A DNA stretch of 23,259 bases from an uncultured Deferribacteres bacterium (GTDB lineage Bacteria; Zhuqueibacterota; Zhuqueibacteria; Zhuqueibacterales; Geothermadaptataceae). The position numbers were made by a program, and so were the translations under genes. Shown here piece after piece: positions 1 through 6,894 of the stretch. The notes beneath the pieces are model-generated. The model was given only the letters and a program-made list of their open reading frames with translations. It had not been told where the DNA came from and did no database searches. The stretch is taken from positions 1 to 23,259 of the forward strand of contig CAXHAT010000131.1 of NCBI GenBank assembly GCA_964014485.1, written 5' to 3'. Numbering within the stretch: the stretch's first letter is position 1; each line of letters begins with the position of its first letter.

Positions 1-108
1 CCAGGGGCTGTGCGCGATTGACTGGATTCCCGCCTGCGCGGGAATGACGTAAAAGTGACGTTTCTCAGGTGCTATTGGGGAAATTTCCGAGAGTGCGTAA
101 CATCAGTT
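1..108. repeat. Partial composite repeat: REP-like doublet (dRS3-like ATTCCC-N8-GGGAAT) followed by a terminal sequence GCGTAACATCAGTT
   Basis: CTGGATTCCCGCCTGCGCGGGAATGAC at 22-48 is preceded by CCAG (1-4) and a 17-nt spacer, the same geometry as the complete doublet at 23171-23241. Bases 95-108 are the exact reverse complement of 23063-23076. Confidence 0.8.
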
Positions 109-284
109 AAAGTAATTTGCACCGCGGTTTCTTTTTGATGTACGCTTGCACGCGGCTAATGAGAGCTTAACATTGTCAAGTTAAGTGATGGCGCGACCAG
201 TATCGTAATTTCCGAAAAAGTGAGACAGGTACGCCGTCTATTGTATACAGCATTCTATATTATTTCAGACAAAGGACTGTAAGT

Positions 285-1229
285 ATGATCCAATCAAGAC
301 TTATTCAGTTTCACGTCATCATTCTTCTTGGGGCTTTGTTTGGTGCAGCCTGCAAGCAAGATATTGGGGTCAATTTTCCGCCTGACCCTGTGACCGACCC
401 TGGTATGACATTTTACCCTCTTTCCGATACCACAAACGCCGGGGGTTGGATGCTATTAGAGGAAATGAGTGACGAGTTTGAAGACGCTGAGTTGGATACA
501 GCGAAGTGGCTTGTTCAGGGGGCGGGTGGAGAATATAAATCAAATTTCATAGGGAGACCGCCTTCTCAATTCTCGACGGACAATGTACGAATAGAAGACG
601 GAAAGCTAAAAATTCAAAGCCGCTGGGAGCCAAACTACAATTTTGATCCTCCAGTGCATCCGAACACGGGAGAAGCTTTCGAAAATATTACAACGGCTGC
701 TGTCATCAGCAAAAACCAATTCCAATATGGCTACATGGAAATCATGTGCAAAGCCGCTGATGCACCGGTAACCAGTTCTTTCTGGACCACCGGATTTCAA
801 TCCGAATTGGATATGTTTGAGATGTTTGGGGGGCACAAGACAAATGACGCCTGGAGAAAGAGACTCAAGCTCAACATGATTAGCTGGGACCCTGATAACC
901 CATATTATTTGCCGGGTGGAAATGGTCCCGCGCATACGCGCAACATACAAACTGACCACAATACGGCGAGTGATTTCCATGTCTATGGTTTTCATTGGAC
1001 GGCAGACTCTATTAAAGTGTATGTAGACGGAGCGTTACACCCTGACGGTACAATACTCAAATCCGCCGTTACAAATAATGGCGCTGATAATGACAGGTGG
1101 GTTACGGACGTTGCCTATTGGATATGGTTCGATTCGGAAACCTTTCCCTGGCTGGGACTGCCGGAAGAAGCAGACCTGCCGGCGGATTATGAAATTGAAT
1201 ACATTCGGATTTGGCAGTCCGATAATTAG
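285..1229 (+). CDS. Glycoside hydrolase family 16 lipoprotein (red-algal galactanase-like: porphyranase/carrageenase/furcellaranase type)
   Basis: Lipoprotein signal (hydrophobic stretch, FGAA-C22). GH16 catalytic motif ELDMFE plus SDEF, YGYMEI, FHVYGFHW and YEIEYIRIWQ motifs. AAAGGA upstream of the ATG. Confidence 0.88.
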   Translation: MIQSRLIQFHVIILLGALFGAACKQDIGVNFPPDPVTDPGMTFYPLSDTTNAGGWMLLEEMSDEFEDAELDTAKWLVQGAGGEYKSNFIGRPPSQFSTDNVRIEDGKLKIQSRWEPNYNFDPPVHPNTGEAFENITTAAVISKNQFQYGYMEIMCKAADAPVTSSFWTTGFQSELDMFEMFGGHKTNDAWRKRLKLNMISWDPDNPYYLPGGNGPAHTRNIQTDHNTASDFHVYGFHWTADSIKVYVDGALHPDGTILKSAVTNNGADNDRWVTDVAYWIWFDSETFPWLGLPEEADLPADYEIEYIRIWQSDN

Positions 1230-1326
1230 GCTAAAACCAACGACTTAATTCAAGACTATGGAATCATCAACCGCCTGACCTGACTTAAAGACTTGAGAAT
1301 ACGTACGGCAGCTTTCTTGAAGATGA

Positions 1327-1494
1327 TTAGTATTACAACGTTAAGTCTCTCAAACTGGGTAGTAGAAGCCGCGCTCTCGTTCCAATGCTTTGCGTTGGAC
1401 TGCAGGCTCCGGCGCTTTGCGCCGATTCGTTCAGGTTCAAAGTAGTGGTGACGGAACCGGCGCAAAGCGCCGAAAACTGCATGACCACGCGAAG
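1327..1494. mobile_element. MITE-like element family B, copy 1 (right end missing or decayed)
   Basis: TTAG+TATTACAACGTTAAGTC end, then a CTCGTTCCAATGCTTTGCGTTGGA...GCATGACCACGCGAAG core. Aligns with the complete copy at 9013-9219. Confidence 0.75.
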
Positions 1495-1696
1495 TTTGAA
1501 CCATAAGAAAAGATAAGAAGCGCTGTAGAAGAAGAATCATAAAAAGGGTTAAGATTATGTGCAATGAAAGAGATCCGCCAAAAGTTCACACGCAATGCTT
1601 TCTGTTAATGGTTGATTGTAGTCAGGTTCGCTTCATTTCGTAGAGCAAAAAACCGAACCCAACGTTTACAAATTGATTTATGAAGGAGGTCATGGA

Positions 1697-3772
1697 ATGA
1701 ATATTTTTCACAATCCATTTAGAAAGATTTCTTTGACAGTATTTGCGCTGTCAATCATGTTTAGCGCCGCAAATGCGCAATTTGCCGGCGGCGACGGTTC
1801 TGAAGGCGATCCATATCAAGTCAGCAATCCTGCTGAGCTGCACGCCATGCTGGATACGGACAGTTCAACATATTTTATCTTGACCGCGGATATCGATATG
1901 GCCGGGGATTCCACCTGGGTTCCTCTTCGGAGCGCCGGTTTCAACCAGTGGTATGGGCATATCGACGGCGATTATCATGTGATTAGCAACCTGTATATTT
2001 TCAACGGCGATTTTGCCACAGTCAATGTTGGCTTTATCGGCGATATGGGGAATCCGTCAAGTGTGGTCAGACTTGGTTTTGATAACTTTACCGTTGACTC
2101 GTTTGGCAACAGGGTTGGCGGTATTGCCGCAACGGTTTTTCAGCCTGGCAGAACTGTAGAAGAGTGTTTTATTACCAATGGCACGGTCATCGGCGGTAAT
2201 CACACAGCAGGACTCATTGCATGGGGCTGGCCAAACGGGAATGTCATCAGAAACAACTATTTTGACGGCGTTGTCATGGGGGCTGAGGTTGTCGGCGGAA
2301 TACTTGCGCGAAGCAGACTAGATAGTGTTGGTTACGCCCCTGATATTCTGGATGAGATTTCCAATAATATATTTTATGGCGCCGTGAGTGCTAATCCAGG
2401 GCCAGTCGGTCCAGTTTCTGGAGATCTCACGGGAAATTCGGTCGATACCTGGCATGCGTCCATGTACTATCATGAAAGAAATACGCCAAACGCCGTCTCA
2501 CTAACCGCAACCGCGTTAGATTCTAATGCCCTAAACGTCGAGGCAAATTATCCTACACTGGATTTTGGGAACACCTGGATGATGGGTGACAATTATCCGG
2601 TGCTGCGTGGATTCCATGAAACAACAACTTCACCTTTTGCCGGCGGCGATGGTTCTGAAGCAAATCCATATCAAGTCAGCAATCCCGCTGAATTGCACGC
2701 CATGCTGGATACGGACAGTTCAACATATTTTATCTTGACCGCGGATATCGATATGGCCGGGGATTCCACCTGGGTTCCTCTTCGGAGCGCCGGTTTCAAC
2801 CAGTGGTATGGGCATATCGACGGCGATTATCATGTGATTAGCAACCTGTATATTTTCAACGGCGATTTTGCCACAGTCAATGTTGGCTTTATCGGCGATA
2901 TGGGGAATCCGTCAAGTGTGGTCAGACTTGGTTTTGATAACTTTACCGTTGACTCGTTTGGCAACAGGGTTGGCGGTATTGCCGCAACGGTTTTTCAGCC
3001 TGGCAGAACTGTAGAAGAGTGTTTTATTACCAATGGCACGGTCATCGGCGGTAATCACACAGCAGGACTCATTGCATGGGGCTGGCCAAACGGGAATGTC
3101 ATCAGAAACAACTATTTTGACGGCGTTGTCATGGGGGCTGAGGTTGTCGGCGGAATACTTGCGCGAAGCAGACTAGATAGTGTAGGTTACGCCCCCGATA
3201 TTCTGGATGAGATTTCCAATAACATATTTTATGGCGCCGTGAGTGCCAATCCAGGGCCGGTAGGTCCGGTTTCCGGCGATCTCACAGGAAATTCGGTAGA
3301 TACGTGGCATGAGTCCATGTATTATCACAATAGAAATACGGCAAACGCCGTCTCAGCAACGGCAACTGCGTTGGATTCTACCGCCCTAACAGACTGGGCC
3401 AGTTATCCAACATTAGATCAAAACATCTGGACGATGGGCGCCAATTATCCTGTTTTGAAAGGGTTTGTTACGGCAGTATCTGTTGAGCACTCTTTCGAAA
3501 ACATTGTCAAGGACTTCACTCTGGATCAAAACTATCCGAACCCGTTTAATCCAAGTACAACGTTCAAGTTTACTCTGCCTGCAAATGAGCATGTTGTACT
3601 CGAAGTTTTTAATCTTCTTGGGAAGAAAGTTGACGTTCTCGTCGATGAGCGGCTTCAGGCCGGCACCCATCGGATCAACTACGTTGCCACGTCTCTGCCG
3701 ACTGGCGTGTATTTGTACCGAATTACAGCCGGCGAGTATCGGGAGATTAGAAAGATGACTTTGGTCAAATAG
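1697..3772 (+). CDS. Secreted protein with two tandem 285-aa GLUG-motif-like domains and a C-terminal T9SS-type sorting domain
   Basis: AAGGAGG 7 nt before ATG 1697, which is preferred over the 1673 start. Signal peptide ending ANA-Q. Repeats begin FAGGDGSExxPYQVSN. C-terminal QNYPNPFNP...GVYLYRI...KMTLVK. Confidence 0.85.
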   Translation: MNIFHNPFRKISLTVFALSIMFSAANAQFAGGDGSEGDPYQVSNPAELHAMLDTDSSTYFILTADIDMAGDSTWVPLRSAGFNQWYGHIDGDYHVISNLYIFNGDFATVNVGFIGDMGNPSSVVRLGFDNFTVDSFGNRVGGIAATVFQPGRTVEECFITNGTVIGGNHTAGLIAWGWPNGNVIRNNYFDGVVMGAEVVGGILARSRLDSVGYAPDILDEISNNIFYGAVSANPGPVGPVSGDLTGNSVDTWHASMYYHERNTPNAVSLTATALDSNALNVEANYPTLDFGNTWMMGDNYPVLRGFHETTTSPFAGGDGSEANPYQVSNPAELHAMLDTDSSTYFILTADIDMAGDSTWVPLRSAGFNQWYGHIDGDYHVISNLYIFNGDFATVNVGFIGDMGNPSSVVRLGFDNFTVDSFGNRVGGIAATVFQPGRTVEECFITNGTVIGGNHTAGLIAWGWPNGNVIRNNYFDGVVMGAEVVGGILARSRLDSVGYAPDILDEISNNIFYGAVSANPGPVGPVSGDLTGNSVDTWHESMYYHNRNTANAVSATATALDSTALTDWASYPTLDQNIWTMGANYPVLKGFVTAVSVEHSFENIVKDFTLDQNYPNPFNPSTTFKFTLPANEHVVLEVFNLLGKKVDVLVDERLQAGTHRINYVATSLPTGVYLYRITAGEYREIRKMTLVK
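1781..3465 (+). repeat. Intragenic tandem duplication, period 855 bp
   Basis: Copy 1 starts at 1781 and copy 2 at 2636. 1839-2328 and 2694-3183 appear nucleotide-identical by eye; the flanks differ mostly at synonymous sites. Confidence 0.95.
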
Positions 3773-3817
3773 TCAGCAAGCCGTTTTTCGGCTAATGCTC
3801 GTTTTAAATTGCAAAAT

Positions 3818-3871
3818 GGGCGTCTCCTCACGATGATATCCGATCCAGGGAGACGCCCTTCTCTATTTTTT
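3818..3871 (+). terminator. Putative intrinsic terminator
   Basis: 10-bp stem GGGCGTCTCC / GGAGACGCCC with a 21-nt loop, followed by a T-rich tract, about 45 nt after the stop codon. Confidence 0.55.
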
Positions 3872-3930
3872 GTGGTTAATTTTGCTGAATCAGTCACGGC
3901 GCACTGATATAATCGTTTTGTGCTGATCGT

Positions 3931-4201
3931 TTAGCCTGAATTATTCATAAACTTTCAAATTACGCTCAAGCCGCCCAAAACGTCATTCCCGCGCAGGCGC
4001 ACGCGCGATAAAAAGGTTGTGGATAACTCAAATCGGTCTCAGAGGGACGACCGAAAATAGCCAGCCAATTCATTGGCTGGCTATTTTCGAATGTCCCTCC
4101 AGGACAAAGTGCAAGTTATTCACATTCTTTTTATCGCGAATGCGTGCAGGCGGGAATGACGTGGAGCGGTGGGCATGAGATTTATGAATTATTCAGGTTG
4201 A
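3931..4201. mobile_element. Nested composite palindromic element (outer TIR shell, REP, inserted MITE, inner hairpin)
   Basis: Outer IR CCTGAATTATTCATAAA (3935-3951) / TTTATGAATTATTCAGG (4181-4197), 16/17 match. Split REP at 3982-3999 and 4143-4160. Inner element at 4000-4142. Confidence 0.8.
4000..4142. mobile_element. 143-bp MITE with 29-bp TIRs and a 10-bp target-site duplication, inserted in a REP
   Basis: TIRs at 4000-4028 and 4114-4142 (24/29 match). Flanked by CGCGCAGGCG (3990-3999) and CGTGCAGGCG (4143-4152). Central perfect 18-bp inverted repeat at 4052-4069 / 4072-4089. Confidence 0.8.
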
Positions 4202-4237
4202 AGAATTTTGAAAATAAGGTTCATAAGCCCAAGTCCA

Positions 4238-6829
4238 ATGATCAAAGTCGAAAAGCATTCCCGCAAAAGATGTTTGCAACTCACTCTCTTGATAATGCTC
4301 ATGTCAGGGCTTTTCCTTCCGATGAAAGCTCAAGCACAATCATTGGAAGAGACTGCACGAAACAAAATTGCAATCCTGAACGACTTGATTGAGCAGGCGG
4401 AACAGAAAGATATTGATACACTCAAAGAGAAAATGGCCGTCCGAACGGCAGAGGTGTTCTTGAAATATGCCGAATGGGACGAAACGCACATTGCCGAGAA
4501 CACATCATATTTTGGCATGGTATCTTCCTTGATGACGCAGTACGGCACAACGGCTTCGCAAATGGCGGATGAACTGCCAGATTTTGAGCGAAACGACGTT
4601 ATTGCGATGCTGGATTCCTCAATTGGATTTATCAATAAACTCATCGATAGCACATACACGCGGAAGCCCATTCCAAAAATAGATTGGGCGAGCGTGCATC
4701 ACGAAGGAGACCAACTGACCTTCGATGGGCGACCGGTCTTTCTCGAATTCTACACCTGGAAGCCAGACGTACCCGAATTGACCGAGTTTTTTGGTGACAA
4801 TGACGGGTTCTTTATGCAGCCTCGTCATGTTGTGAATCAATCGGGCGCCGTGAACGTGTCGGCGCCCTCTGCATCTGGCAACATCGGTTCCGTCTTCATT
4901 AGTCATCGACGCGCGCCGCAATGGGCGTTAGATAAGTACGGTCCGGGATTCGACCTCGGGGCCGGAGTGAGATTTACAGAATATGATATTGATAACCCCG
5001 GCGCTCGTGAGATGATGGGGTTCCTGCTAGATGGAACCGTTCCCCAAATTAGCGGGAAAAAGTATGCGGAACTGGGCTATATGCTGGTCAACGAACCTCA
5101 TTTCTTCACAACCAGGAAACCGACCGGCGTCCTGAATTGGGCAAGTGGACCAGTGTCCCATTTCACCATCGACAAGTTCAAAGATTGGCTGCAACAAAAG
5201 CATGGAGATATTGGCAGTCTAAACACATTGTGGGGCACGAACTTCGGCGCGTTCGCCGAGGTGGAAATCGAGATTCCAATCAGTGAGAGTCTGATCGGAA
5301 CGGCGGAATGGTACGATTGGCACACGTTTAACAAAGATCGGGTCACTGATTGGTACAAATTCCTCAAAGGTCGAATCGTCGCTAACGATCCTGCCGCCAA
5401 AGTTCACCTCAAGATTATGCCGCGACTTTGGTCGGACAATGAGAGAGGACATGGCATAGATCTGGAAGAGCTAACAGAGATGAGTGAGATAATCGGCAAC
5501 GACGCCGGTGCATCGCATAATAGAATGTGGGGAGGACCTTTCGCCTGGCAGGAACACTATTCCTATGACTGGCGGGAGATGTGCATGAGCTACGATTTCC
5601 TGAAATCGGTCAGCCCGGATAAAATCGTCTATAATTCTGAAGCGCACTACTTGTCAACCACCACCTCCAGGGACCTATATTTGGACCCTGCCTATGCTCG
5701 TGCAACTTATTGGCTTGCCCACACTCTTGGGTTAAATGTCAGCCAAACGTGGTATTGGCCGAGAAGAGAAGATGGATCGCTGAGACAACCAGTCACGAAA
5801 AGTTACGCCGGTTCAAACAATCAACAGCCTCGCGTCACCTATGAAGTGCATTCCACCTTGATGGATTTAAACGCCTACAGTGAAGAAATCACCGCGATGC
5901 AGCGGCAGAAAAAGCCGATTCGCATTTTCTATTCTGAAACTTCGGCCATTAACAAATCGGCGCACATGGACGATGTGTTCGAACTCTATGAATCCTTGTT
6001 CTTTGAAGGCGTGCCTATTGGTTTTGCCACAGCGGGAATTATCGATCAACGGCAGGATTGGGATGTAATCGCCGTACACAAAACTGAATATGTGACGCAC
6101 GAGGAACTGACTGCACTGCAATCATATTTGGATAATGGCGGCGCACTCATTCTGGATGATTTTAGTCTTGGAATGGATGAGTATGGCAGGCCTCATTCTT
6201 CACAATTGTCAGGGAATATAATTCGAATCAATGGCGCTGAAGCTATGAAGAGTACAGCCCTTGCCCTTGTTTCGAACAAACTTCCTGACGTGAACATCAT
6301 CGAAAACCACGACGGTTCTCAAAGGACTTGCACCTGGAAGGTCGTCAGAGGATCGAATGGTAATGACGTTGTTTCGGTTGTTAATCTAGGGAAAAACGAG
6401 GCGAAGCTCGATATATCGCTTAGGAGCGGCAAGATACACGCTCTCAAAAACCTGCTGAATGGAACGGCCATTGATACTTCCCTGACCCTGCCTAAATATG
6501 GCGTTCTTTTCTTTGAAGTGATAGATCGTGAACCGCCTCAGGCGCCGGAAGACTTTTCACTCTCCCAAAATTATCCGAACCCCTTCAATCCGGAAACAAT
6601 TATAATTTTTTCGGTTCCCCAAACAACGGATGCAAGCATTGTCATCTATAACGTCTTGGGGCAGAGAATTCGATCCTTTCAATTTAGCGCTCTACAGCCA
6701 GGGAATAATCATCAGATAATTTGGAACGGCACGGATGAATCTGGAAGCGTTGTTTCTTCAGGCCTGTATTTCTATAGGCTGGAGACAGAGGAAATCAAGA
6801 TGACAAAAAGGATGATATTGCTGAGATAA
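4238..6829 (+). CDS. Secreted clan GH-A glycoside hydrolase, GH42-like (possibly GH167-type), with C-terminal T9SS/FlgD-like sorting domain
   Basis: Signal peptide ending AQA-Q. LVNEPH acid/base motif. FKDWLQQKHGDIGSLNTLWGTNF segment typical of GH42-like enzymes. Candidate nucleophile in YNSEAH. C-terminal QNYPNPFNP...WNGTDESG...SGLYFYRL. Start uncertain (TTG 4208 or ATG 4238). Confidence 0.75.
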   Translation: MIKVEKHSRKRCLQLTLLIMLMSGLFLPMKAQAQSLEETARNKIAILNDLIEQAEQKDIDTLKEKMAVRTAEVFLKYAEWDETHIAENTSYFGMVSSLMTQYGTTASQMADELPDFERNDVIAMLDSSIGFINKLIDSTYTRKPIPKIDWASVHHEGDQLTFDGRPVFLEFYTWKPDVPELTEFFGDNDGFFMQPRHVVNQSGAVNVSAPSASGNIGSVFISHRRAPQWALDKYGPGFDLGAGVRFTEYDIDNPGAREMMGFLLDGTVPQISGKKYAELGYMLVNEPHFFTTRKPTGVLNWASGPVSHFTIDKFKDWLQQKHGDIGSLNTLWGTNFGAFAEVEIEIPISESLIGTAEWYDWHTFNKDRVTDWYKFLKGRIVANDPAAKVHLKIMPRLWSDNERGHGIDLEELTEMSEIIGNDAGASHNRMWGGPFAWQEHYSYDWREMCMSYDFLKSVSPDKIVYNSEAHYLSTTTSRDLYLDPAYARATYWLAHTLGLNVSQTWYWPRREDGSLRQPVTKSYAGSNNQQPRVTYEVHSTLMDLNAYSEEITAMQRQKKPIRIFYSETSAINKSAHMDDVFELYESLFFEGVPIGFATAGIIDQRQDWDVIAVHKTEYVTHEELTALQSYLDNGGALILDDFSLGMDEYGRPHSSQLSGNIIRINGAEAMKSTALALVSNKLPDVNIIENHDGSQRTCTWKVVRGSNGNDVVSVVNLGKNEAKLDISLRSGKIHALKNLLNGTAIDTSLTLPKYGVLFFEVIDREPPQAPEDFSLSQNYPNPFNPETIIIFSVPQTTDASIVIYNVLGQRIRSFQFSALQPGNNHQIIWNGTDESGSVVSSGLYFYRLETEEIKMTKRMILLR

Positions 6830-6894
6830 AAATGAACCATGCTGATTGAGAAATGAATGAATGCCGTGAAAAACGTCACACAAGATGAAATCAA

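Noticed and set aside
166..185. CTTAAC-N8-GTTAAG inverted repeat upstream of GH16
   Set aside because: Short AT-rich arms that are expected by chance and were not seen upstream of other cluster genes.
1256..1564. Minus-strand ORFs 1256-1564 and 8873-9115 sharing SNAKHWNE, and ORF 9009-9242
   Set aside because: The similarity is explained by translation of the MITE family B copies.
1781..3465. Duplicated region as a DGR template/variable repeat pair
   Set aside because: No reverse transcriptase in the window, both copies are in one ORF, and the differences are mostly synonymous rather than adenine-specific.
4018..4124. DnaA boxes as a replication origin
   Set aside because: Only two boxes, embedded in MITE ends, with no dnaA/dnaN context or evident unwinding element.
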